DNA from: Perkinsus olseni | Taxonomy: Eukaryota | DNA: 64,000 nucleotides | Direction: 5' to 3' | Assembly (NCBI GenBank): GCA_013115125.1 | Contig: JABANN010000030.1 | Coordinates: forward strand, 1-64,000 | Shown: positions 12,235 to 22,836 of the stretch, one piece after another | Position numbering within the stretch: the first letter of the stretch is position 1 | Layout: each line of letters starts with the position of its first letter | Program-made: the position numbers and the translations under genes | The notes under the pieces: model-generated | What the model was told of the DNA's origin: nothing | Databases searched by the model: none | The model's input: only the letters and a program-made list of their open reading frames with translations

Positions 12235-12851
12235 GCCGTATATAATACTGAGGACTTCATCGACCATTTCGGGGAGTTTTTCAACATTGGCCTGTTTCTA
12301 TAGGAAGCCATTTTGGCTTATCGTTTGTGCATATGAGCCTGGCGGTGAGATGCCAGTCTACTTTCTACTTTATGATTTGGTTTCTCACAGGATTTCTGTG
12401 GAACTTGGGTCGGGTCTTGAGTTCAGTGATACCCTTCGTGATTCCCAAATTGAGAGTGAATAAAAGATGTGACCCCTGGATCACCGAGTTGAAGCTCGCG
12501 TCATGTTCGGCAAGGTATGATGGCACTGCGATCATGACAGCCACAATGTCGCCTCAAAACTCTTTTGAGAACTGGGAACGCATTTTTTCCACCCGCCACG
12601 CGTTCGGGACATTCAAGGACGATATCTGTTCCGTCTACCGGTTAGACAGGAATTCCACTTGAGTTACCTGGCTGCACGGGCGCCTGCGAAGTACACGTTT
12701 GATGCAGTTTGGATCCGGGTCACACTTGCAGACGCGACACTCATTCTCCGTGATAACTTGGCTCATGGTGAGTAATGAATTACGTGATGTTACAAAACTG
12801 TGCAGTACTGCTGCAGCAGCATAGCAGACACGTAATCGGCCCAACCGTACG

Positions 12852-15800
12852 TTAGCTGTTCTTGGAAGTGAAATCGTCCAGCTGCTGCTGATGATGCTGA
12901 CCGATAATCGACTTCAACTCGGCGTTTTCGTTCTGCAGTTGAACGAGTGTTGAGTCCATCTCACCTGCCAGAACAGCAACCTGCCGTGGGACGATCCGCG
13001 TACCTCCCTACCGATGAGCTTATATTGCTGTTCAACAGTATCACACAAGCTGATGTACTCAGGATGTGTTTGTAAAGAAAAGCTAGAATCACTAGCTGAC
13101 GGATGCAATGGTGAAACAACTCCGATGGCGTGTCGCCGCCGTTGGTCGTTGAGATAGTCTTCCAACTGATGACTCCTACACAGACCACTCGGCCCAGCAG
13201 TGGTGCCACAGGCGCCCATTCATACCGATTGGATTCTTCGTGCAGGGCGTGGCGAGCCTCTCGAAGCTTCTCACTTAGCCGTTGATTCTCAGCAGTCACA
13301 GCCGCGAGCTGTGTCGCCAACTTGGCCGACTCTCGCGACTGATGGTTGCCTAAGATACACGTGAAGGGCGACCGAGGCTCTCGTCTTCACCAACCCGCGG
13401 TGCTAAGCTGCCGGCAAGCATCCTCCGCTCGATGTCGGTCCTCCCCGGCCACTGCCACCATCCGCCGCTGCTCCGCGAGAAGATCGTTCATCTGAGTGCG
13501 CAGCAGATACATTTCGTGGCGCGTGACGGTAAACCTCAAGTTCCCCCTCCATCTGCCTCACTTCCCTCAACTGCTTCAAAAGCTGCTGGTTCTGATCCTC
13601 AGTAGCATCGAGGTCGACTTGCAAACGCCGATTCTGCGCGGAGGGGCGGTCGAGCGGGCAGGAGGAAGGCCGGGGCCTACATGCTTGAATGCTTCGCTAA
13701 GGGACGCTTGGAACTTCTCATTCTCTTTCGTCAGAAGATCCAGACTCTCCTCCAGCTGATCACGCTCTTCCTGCAGTGTGCTGATGGATGCTGATCGCCT
13801 GAGAAGTACACCTGCGAAGTTTCCTCGACCGGGGATTGAACCTGTGCCCGTCGAGAGTCGCCTGATGGTACAGCTCTCTGACGTCATCCCTCTCTAGCTC
13901 TACCGCGCGAAGAGCCTGCAGGAGGATGGTATCTTTACCGATTTTGGATGTACCCCCTCACCTCCATTGTTGTTTGAGTGTCTCGTTTCTGATGGTCCAG
14001 AGCAGTCCTGAAATTGGAAGCCTCCCTCGAAAGGCGAATGACCTCGGCGTGAAGTGACTGAGGTTGGACAGCCATTACGCGTCGAGGTCAGGCAGAATCA
14101 TGAGCTCACCTGATTTTCCCGTGTCATGTGAGCGACGTCTTCGGTGATATTCCGGACCTCCTGCTGGGAGCCGTCCAACTCTGTCCGTAGCCGCACCTGC
14201 GGAAGCCCTGCGACCTGAGCTGTGCCGTGGTAGTGCTCACCGTCTCCTCTCGGAGTTGCTGTATGGTCTTCTGTAGTGCAGCACCCTCCTCATCCCTACT
14301 GTTAAGGTTAACCTAGTCGAAGGAAGCGTCATCAGGGACATCCTCGAGCCGCACCTGCTGGCCCTCGGCCTCCCGCCTGAGTTGCTCCACTTTACGATTC
14401 AGTTCTCCGACTCTGTCGCTCAGCTCTCTGTTAGTCGCTCGCAGGGAAGAGATCTCCTCAGACTTCTCGTCCACAGCCGATTGGAGCTCCTGGAGGGCGT
14501 TATGGATCACTATCTTCAGACGTCGGTTCTCGTTACGTCCCGTTCCCGGTCGAGGGTGAGCATAGCCGTACGCATGCGAACCACCTCCTGATGCTGCTCG
14601 GCCGCCTGAGCCAAACCCCGAGAGATGTTGAAGTAACGAGGAGTGGACCGGACCTTCCGCAAGGCATCGACATTCGTCTCCTCACTGGCAGTAGCACTCC
14701 TGCCAACGTCCGCTAGTTTAGCTGTTGTCGTCTCGAGCTCGCTCAGCAAGGAGCCTTGAGTGTCCTCTAACGTTCTGACCTAGACCAACACAGCTGCTGG
14801 GCCCGCATCAAGGGGACCGTCCGAACGGCGGCGGCGGCAGCTACCATGGCAATCATCTGCTTCAGCTGCCCCTCAGCTTTTTCCTTCTCCTTCTCCAACC
14901 GCGCTATCCTCTTATTCGCATCTTCTAGGCTTCTACTAGCTGTAGACTTATCTTGCCAGGGGAGTGTCCATTTCGCAACAAGTCATCGTCAACCCACCAG
15001 AGTTCTCAGTGACCACTGCCCCTCGCAGGGCCTCTACTGTAGCCTCTAGTTTGGCTCTGGCCTTCCGCTGAGCACCCAGGTCGGTCTTAAGAGCTTCCAC
15101 CCTCGACTGGCACCTGGCCTAAAGAATGGACCCCTATAGAAGTCTTCCTATCCCACCTATCCAGCTCCAACTTCATATCCTGCCCGGCCTTCCCTGAGGC
15201 TTCCAGATCCACCTGCAGGGCACTGGCCTTCCCTTCGGCCTCTCTGCAATCCTCAGTAGCGGTTGTGAGCTGAGCAGCAGGTAACGCTCCTCGACAGAAA
15301 GCCACCGCCTCCCTAGCTTGTTGCTGAAGGGAAGGGTACTCTACCTCGGTCTTCAGGCGTGCCATCTCCTCCTCTCCCACCTTCACTAACCGCTGTAGTC
15401 TGAGCACCTCATGCGCTAGCCTCTGGTTGTCTAAGGTGCTGCTCTCGACCTGAGCCACTCTATCGCTGCCATTAAGCAGAGAGCTGGGCAGCAGCCGCAG
15501 TGGGCGGCAGGAAACTACTGTACGGAGCACATCTCAAACTACAGACCTAGTACGGGAACGAGGGGTTAGTACGCCAGTAAATTGGAATTACTGCACCTTC
15601 CGTCGGAAGGGATGTGAGAATTGGAGACTACAGAGGCACGGTAGATTACAGTATATCGGTGCCCTTTAGATTCTTGCCACAAACAGATATCAGAGCCCCT
15701 GTAGTCCAACTACAGCATGGCTCTGCCCTTTGGTAAATAGTCGGGCACTACTGGCTAGCGTTCTGTGCTGGCACAGTCGCTCCGTACTTAGGAACGACTG

Positions 15801-16335
15801 TGAAGGTAGGACGATCATGGACCGTACCCATACTCGTACAGTACTTGGTACCGAGTCCTAGCCCTACTGCCGCATATCTAATTGAGCAGCAGGCCCTGGT
15901 ACCTCCTCCCTTATCTTCGACATCTTCCCTTCAAACTCCCTCACTCTCTGCAGCATGTCCCTTTTGGTGACCCCGATCTCCGCTTCGTAGTTCTCCTTCT
16001 CCGCCATCGCCTAACAGGTCACTGCCGGCTGGTCTGCCCGCATGAAGACCACACCTTCTCTGCCTCCTTCCGTGAGCTCTCCCGTGTCCGCTCAAGCTCA
16101 GCCTCCAGTTCCTGCTGCCGCTTCTTCAATGCTGTACACTCATCTGTGATATCCTGAGACGTCGTGTCGGGCGGCAGAGGACGGAGGGTGGGACTACTCG
16201 TCGAGCCGACTCCTCCTCTTTGATGACCATCGCCAGCTTTTCACACAGTGCCTTGAGGTCGTCCCTCTGCTGTGTAACAGCATCGACCTTCTCTGACAGA
16301 TCTTCTGTTGATTCAGGAGGTTGCTCAACTGCCAT
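12852..16335 (-). CDS. Long coiled-coil protein A, multi-exon
   Basis: Many E/Q/L/R-rich helical exons (MAVEQPPESTEDLSEKVDAVTQQRDDLKALCEKL; LQELQSAVDEKSEEISSLRATNRELSDRV...) joined by short GT-AG introns; final exon ...DDFTSKNS*. Confidence 0.7.
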
Positions 16336-16505
16336 ATCTACCACCCGCCACTGAAAGTCGGAACGAGCACTCCTCCTCGATGTCGATCCTTCGCGACTCC
16401 GCCTACGGCCCCGGGAGCTGATTGGCGCTATCGAACCCAAGGCGACGGAAAGCGTATAAAGGAAATTGGCATATCTTTGAGACCTATGGAGTGCAGTGGT
16501 GACCT

Positions 16506-18043
16506 CTATGGTGAAAATGATACGAGAGGGGATGGTAGAGTATTGAGTATTGGTGCTGTTGGAGAGCTCTTTGGCTGGATCAGGGTAGGGGGTGGCGCCC
16601 TCAGGCCACCGGGCCCCAGGAGGACAGTCGTAATGTGCGTACCTTCAAAGTGAGGCTGCTGGGCCCGTAACGAGCACACCGATCTCACTCCCCGCAGATC
16701 TTCGGAACTCCGATTTTGGTGGTGTTCATGAGAGGCGCTGCTGCGGGTTCGACGTAACTGGGCTCATCAGCCGGTGGCTTAGGTCGACACACCAATACAG
16801 TGTCGATCAACTTGCACTTGTTAGGCTGAGGGGGAGGAGGAAGACTCTAACGCGGAGGGCCGTCGATCGGCCGTACCCATATGCCGGCCAGGAATGAGGT
16901 AGCCTCCTTCTGCTGCTGCTGGTCGGGGAGGAAGCTGGGCTGAAGAGAGTGGTGCAGACTGAGTAGAGTAGGGGCCATCGAGGGAGGGTGTCGGAAGGGG
17001 CCAGCGGAGCTGAGTATATACTAACCCAACACTAGCTCAAGGTCACTGCTGTTGCTGCCAACTATCGTCATTGATAGGCACTTTGCCGTGCTTACTGAAA
17101 GACGCTTCGACTCGGCTACCTAGTGGGCCGCGGATGAGGGGTCCCCACGACTGTGGGAGCGGTAGTAGTACAGGTGTCCTCTAGTAGGGCTATGAGCTGC
17201 TCCTCAGCCTCCTCCCGCTGTCGACGCTCCTCTGCCATCTCCCCCTGCATCCGTCCACAGATCTCCTCTAGCTTCCTACCACTAAATGGCTACCAACAAG
17301 GGCCCAACCCATGAGCTCGGCGGCTCACTTGAGCATTCTGTCCTCCGACGCCGCCCGACTCTGCCGTTCGGCCGATACCGCCTCGCCTACCCTTGACAGT
17401 TCTGAGGGAAGGCAGCCACGTCCACTACGGCCGAGTCTTGACAGACCGACCAGCCTCGATGGCCTCCCTTATCTTATCTCCCTCCGCTGTTCGGGCTTGC
17501 CGTAGCCGCTCCTTCTCTGCCGTCAGCCGGCACACCTCCTCGGCCACCTGCAGAGGTAGTCGGGTCGACCCTGCCGAGTCCGTCAAGGTCTACCCGTCGG
17601 CAGTAGTCCTTCTTGCGTTGCCTTTGAGCCTGCCGTCTACTGCGATATTCCTGACGATTACCCCCACATGCAACACCGAGCAGGCCTGGAAGAGCCCCCG
17701 ACCTCAGTAATTTCTGCCACTGTATTGTTGAGTGCCTTCTCTAACTTGGCGAGGGAGTCCGTCCTGGCCTGCCGGAGGGCGTTGATGTCGAGGTCCGCTG
17801 ATGACTCAACCTGAGTGGTTGCTATCGGCGACCGAGGACGGAGTATCATCATCATCATCATCACCCTACCAATTTGAGGTCCTTCTGCATCCTTTCGGTG
17901 AGGAGCTCAGCGGCGACGGTATCGCTGTGTAGACTCTCTCGTAACTTCGTTATCTGCAGGGGAGTACGGCAAGTCTTCTCAAGAGAAGCGCTGGAGTGAT
18001 TGATAGCCAGAGTGCTGAGCTGGCCAGAGGTAGAGAGTCTCAA

Positions 18044-18082
<39 letters not shown>

Positions 18083-18531
18083 CAGGCGACGCACAGTCTA
18101 GGCCAGCCCTATCCTCGGTATGAAGGCGCTCCCTCAAAGGCCCAGGGAGTAGCATCACCTCGACCCACGACGAGCCTACCTGTTCCGAAATCAGACCTAT
18201 CTTGGCCTGGTCAGCACTTATGGTCCGCTGCACCCTATCGCCCAGCTGTCGTATCTAGCCAGACGTCATCGCCCAGTCGTCTGATCGCCGTCCTCACTTT
18301 CGAAGAGATCCCATCTTGCCGCCCCCGAGGTCCCCGCGCCTCCTCTATATTGGACTGAATTGCCGCTAGTTTCGCGGACACCTCCTGATAACACAACCAG
18401 CGGCCAAGTGGTAATAGTGCCGCTGAGACCCTCACCGATGACCGGCCTCGGTCTTCCCCCTTCCCTGATGGCAGTGTGCTCGTACTGCCCGGCCTAGAAC
18501 TGGCGGCGGATGGCGGGCGAGAGATCTGCAT
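16506..18531 (-). CDS. Coiled-coil / low-complexity protein B, multi-exon (limits approximate)
   Basis: Exons VSAKLAAIQSNIEEAR, ITKLRESLHSDTVAAELLTERMQKDLKL and SLAKLEKALNNTVAEITE with canonical splice sites; Pro/Ser-rich end. Confidence 0.55.
17845..17862 (+). repeat. (ATC)6 microsatellite, intronic
   Basis: Direct reading. Confidence 0.9.
18041..18080 (+). repeat. (CAA/CAG)n microsatellite, intronic
   Basis: Direct reading; it generates spurious polyQ/polyL/polyA ORFs. Confidence 0.9.
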
Positions 18532-18681
18532 CAGCCCGGACGAGCTACCAAGAAGGGTCAGCTCAGTCCACTACTTGGCCATTGACAACCCAAAGCGATG
18601 TGATCAGTACATGAATTAGAAAGGAGTACAAAGGCGTGGCGACGACAATATCGAGTATCTTCACAAGAGTGGCTATACAGT

Positions 18682-19014
18682 CTAGGAGGCAGCAGCAGGA
18701 TGGGCGACAGGCAGAGGCGACACCAGGGAGGGTCTGCCGCTGTTGCTGGGGTCCAAGTGGTCCTTGGGGGCCGAGGGATCCTCCTTCAACGAGCGGATCT
18801 GTGCAGTGATACCCACCCTACGAGCCTTAGTCAGCCCACTTTGTCCCTCAGGCGGATCCCTATTTTTCTGGTCTCCGTCACCAATGGTTCGAAGCACGGT
18901 CGAACTCGGTCGGGGAAGTAGGCGCCTGCCCTCAACAGTAAGGCCTGCAAAGCCTCTCCCTCTCCTCCCACCTAGCCCAGCTCCGACAGCCACTCCAACG
19001 ATGAGCTCAAACAT
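18682..19014 (-). CDS. ~80-aa three-exon microprotein with an N-terminal Gly-rich transmembrane helix
   Basis: Two GT-AG introns give MFELIVGVAVGAGLG|AYFPDRVRPCFEPLVTETRKIGIRLRDK|IRSLKEDPSAPKDHLDPSNSGRPSLVSPLPVAHPAAAS*. Confidence 0.65.
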   Translation of the reverse strand: MFELIVGVAVGAGLGGRRGRGFAGLTVEGRRLLPRPSSTVLRTIGDGDQKNRDPPEGQSGLTKARRVGITAQIRSLKEDPSAPKDHLDPSNSGRPSLVSPLPVAHPAAAS

Positions 19015-19134
19015 TACCAAGGCAGACCAACACTGAGAACCTTATCTCTCTGGACTGAACTCAACGACAACTTCACGATCAGAGAGGGATAAAAACTGCG
19101 ACGATACTTGCACGCTGGGCGGCTTCCCAAGTCG

Positions 19135-20735
19135 CTATAGGACTCCCTCTAATCCCTTGATCTGCTCCTCGGTCAGCTTCTCCGGGAACTCAACTCGGAA
19201 TTTCACGACCAAGTCGCCGGCCTCGCTCGGGACGTCCTTCAATGGCATCCCTTCTCCTGGGTACCGCACCACCAGCCCGGACTTAGTAACCTTCCCAGTG
19301 CGATCCAGAACTATCTCGTGACCGTCCAAGTGCTCCACCGTCTTCGTGAAACCCAGCAAGGACTCCCTCAGGCTAATAACATATTCCATGTGAAGGTCCT
19401 GGCCATCCCGACGCATCGTCGGATGAGGCATCGTGTGTATCACATAAGTGACAGCCCCAGCGGCCCTCTCAGGGCTCTCATCACCAGCATAGGGTATGCT
19501 TACCCTGTGCCCTTCAGGAACTCCCCTTTCTACTACCACTTCGTAGGTATCCACTCCCGGCACTACTCGGGCCCCGCCACACTTGGGGCATTTTCGAGCG
19601 GCAATTTTTCCTTTGCCGCCGCATCGACCACAAGGCTCGTGCAGCTGTTGGTACATCCCCGGGCCGAGCTGGACCATCCGAACTACAACGCCTTGCCCTT
19701 GGCAGTCCGGACAATCTTGAAAATCCTTCTTGGTGCGTGCTCCGGTTCCTGAGGGAATCTTAGGTTGACCCATGCTAACCATGGAATTACATTATCTCAC
19801 CTCTGCATCGTTTACATCGTTTCTGTTTAAAGGCGGTGAGTGTGAATGTCTTTCCTGAATACAGGTCGTTGAGAGACACGAAAAGTGGGATCTCCAGATC
19901 AGGGGCCTTATCGGACCGTCGCCTGAGAAGGGGCATCGCGTTTACAGAGAAGAAAGGTACACAGTGTTTTAGGATGTTGCACGAGCAGCTATATTTAAAC
20001 GGTTACCAACGTACCCTTCTAGCATCACGTTACCAACCATTCTCGTAACAGACAGGAGTATCGACAGTATCTTTGGTAATTGCTGAGAATGATACTGGGT
20101 GGGGAGTATGAACCCAGCTGAGGGTCGAAAGAGACCGTCACGCGCGGAGTCCAGTAGCGCCTTTTCGCCCTTCCCAAGACTACCTCCCTCCACCGCCACC
20201 GCCGAAGAAGCTGCCGAACATATCGCTGAATGGGTCATGGAATCCCGCCTGCCCCTGAGCATCCCTCTTAGCCAGCTCCTCCAGGCCATCGACACCATCA
20301 AGGTCGTATCTGATATTACCCAGACTGTTCCCTAGACTCTCTCAGCTGGCATTACACCCGACGCTTGTTGGGGTCGCTCAAAACTTCGTAGGCCTGTGAG
20401 ATCTGACAAGTACCAGCCTCGAGGACTCGGCAACAGCAGAGGCGCACCTACCTTCTGGAAGAGGTCCTCATCCCCTCCCTTATCGGGATGGTTCTTCAAA
20501 GACAACCGCCGATATGCCCGCTTGATCTCAGCTCCAGTAGCCTCTGGGCTAACCTCTAGTATCCCTGAGCATCCACACCCGTCGCCACCCCCTCCCTTTG
20601 AGTAATGTGGTTACTGTAGTAATCCTGAGCCTCGTCATCAAAGGGCTCGTCATCACCATCATCAACAGCCTTACTCCCGGACCACCAACTAGCATTACAA
20701 AGAGCCAGTAAGCCCAGTATGAGCAGGACTCTCAT
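19135..20735 (-). CDS. Type I DnaJ/Hsp40 co-chaperone with signal peptide (ER-type, ERdj3/Scj1-like)
   Basis: Signal MRVLLILGLLALCNA; J-domain with HPD (LKNHPDKGGD); G/F region; four CxxCxGxG-type repeats; C-terminal domain ...GDLVVKFRVEFPEKLT. Confidence 0.95.
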
Positions 20736-20796
20736 AGGGACCAAAAATTAGATAGTAGATGCTGATAGACTCGTGATGTTGCTCCAAAACAACTAT

Positions 20797-20812
20797 CCGG
20801 GCGCGCGCTTTT
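20797..20812 (+). promoter_or_regulatory. CCGGGCGCGCGCTTTT element in the divergent DnaJ/transporter promoter
   Basis: Exact reverse complement of the core of the element at 46345-46368; lies in the 152-nt divergent intergenic gap. Confidence 0.55.
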
Positions 20813-20887
20813 TACGTAGCAAGATCCGAAATTTGCCAATTAGTGCCATTCGCAGTGATTCCCGTATTCCCTCTGCCCTTTGTCGCA

Positions 20888-22638
20888 ATGACAGCGTCAC
20901 CAGCAGCTTGCCGGGCAGTGGATAATGCTGACATAATAATGTTCAGGTAGAAGAGGTTGGCTGAGGGGATTTCAGGGGGTTGGCGCTGGCTGCTAGGAAT
21001 TACGCGGGGTACGCCGAGACCCGACTGGAAGACAGCTGGAGGGCCGATGATGAGGCTGAGGAATCTTTGAAAGGTCACATGGTACCCTACTTGCGAAAAG
21101 CATGCTTCAACCTTAGATATAATAGAGGAGCCCTTGATAGGGAAACCCGCTGCCGAGCAAGCCAGCAGCTTCGTAACGTCAAGACACCGCACCAGCGGCA
21201 CGTCGGTTGGCATCGCCATCCTGAAGGCCAACCTAGGGTCCGGTATCCTGTACCTCCCCAGAGCCTGGGTGAATGGAGGTTGGCTGTTCTCAACACTCGT
21301 CCTGCCCGTCCTAGCCGTCATGGCGGCTACGTGCTCCCTAAGGTTAGTGGAGTGTCGCAGAGTCGTCCGGCAGGGCGGGTATGGTGATATCATGGAGAAG
21401 GCTACAGGATCGAGATGGGGAAGGTAGTCCCTCGCGATTCACTCTCACGCTACCCTCTTCCCATCAGGTTCATGATTGATCTCTCCCTATTAGCCCTTCA
21501 GTCGGGCATCTGTACCGGCTACTTCGTTTTCGTGGCCAACATGGCCTCGGACATCAGCCCTTGGATAGCCTCCCTCTCCTTCTCTACCAAAGTAAATCCC
21601 CATCCCTAGACAGACCTCCAGGAGCACTCAACACAGGTCGCCATCCAAGCCACGGTCATCGCTCCGCTGTGCTGGTTCCGACAGGTGTCGAAACTGTCAT
21701 TCACCAACTTCCTCGCTAACGTAACGACTTTCAACTATCATCAACAGCAAGAACAAGCCATCAGTGGTGCTCAGGTCCTCATCTTCTTCAGTCTGTGTGG
21801 CCTGCTGGGCTTCATCATAGCAGGCGGAGATGAAGCCTCTTCCCTTCACAAGGACCAGCGTACTTATCCGCGGATTAATTTTTGGGACGGCGGTTTCCTA
21901 GTATTCATGGGCACGGCACTGTAAGCTTCCCTTGGACCATGAAGGACTCCACCCTTCCTTCGACAGGTACGTTTTTGAGGGTATTGGCTTGATATTGCCC
22001 ACGTACGACTCAATGAGGGAGCCTGAGCAGTTCGGGAAGGTCTTCACTCGAGCATTCTCCATTACGACAGCATCATTTCTCTTCATCGGCCTAGCAGGTC
22101 AGCGCCTCCTCAACTCTGCTGCCCTACTCATTACACAGGTTATTTGGAATTTGGCCCGGACACGCAAACCATCGTTCTATCGAATTTGCCGCAAGAAAGC
22201 CTCCGAACGAGTGCTGTGAAGGCCATGTACGTGTGTTGCACAACGCGTGTCCCATTCCCTAGCAGGTACACTCTGGCTGTCTTCATTACTATGCCCTTCC
22301 AGCTGCTGCCTGCCGTCCGACTGGTCGAATACTACTCGGGATTTTTCCCAAAGCGGCGACACGTCTCTTTACGACGAAAGATGGTCAAAAATATTTTCAG
22401 GCTGGCTTATTTGTTCTTCCTTGCAGGCGTCGCTTTAGTAGCGGGTCGGGACTTAGACCATTTCATATCCCTCATCGGGTCCATGTGTGGTCTGCCCTTG
22501 GTCTTCATAGCCCCTCCTGTTTGCCACATGAAGCTGATTGGAGGCAACAGGAAGAGCGATGCATGCATACTCATATTCGGACTTACTGTTATGGTCAGTG
22601 CGACGATATCAAACATTGTCAATTTCGGTACTCATTAA
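20888..22638 (+). CDS. Amino acid/auxin permease family (AAAP, SLC36-like) transporter, multi-exon
   Basis: ILKANLGSGILYLPRAWVNGGW; QSGICTGYFVFVA; GTALYVFEGIGLILP; GYLEFG..TQTIVLSNLP; FISLIGSMCGLPLVFIAPP. Confidence 0.93.
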
Positions 22639-22647
22639 TGTGAATTG

Positions 22648-22788
22648 TTTCATTTTGTGATACAATTGCGTGGTTGTCATATCAATAGAAGGCTCCTATT
22701 AGAAGTTCTTGATAGAGGACCTAGAGGACCTAGAGGACCTTTAGGCTTTTTCATTTTGTGCTACATTTGCGTGGTTAACATATCAATA
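22648..22788. repeat. 40-bp imperfect direct repeat flanking (TAGAGGACC)3 between convergent 3' ends
   Basis: tttcattttgtgatacaattgcgtggttgtcatatcaata (22648-22687) versus tttcattttgtgctacatttgcgtggttaacatatcaata (22749-22788). Confidence 0.9.
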
Positions 22789-22836
22789 CAACAGAGCGAA
22801 GAATAAATGTTAACACCATTGAGTGTAATCATGAGA

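Noticed and set aside
17861-18358. PolyQ/polyL/polyA ORFs
   Set aside because: They arise from an intronic CAG microsatellite.
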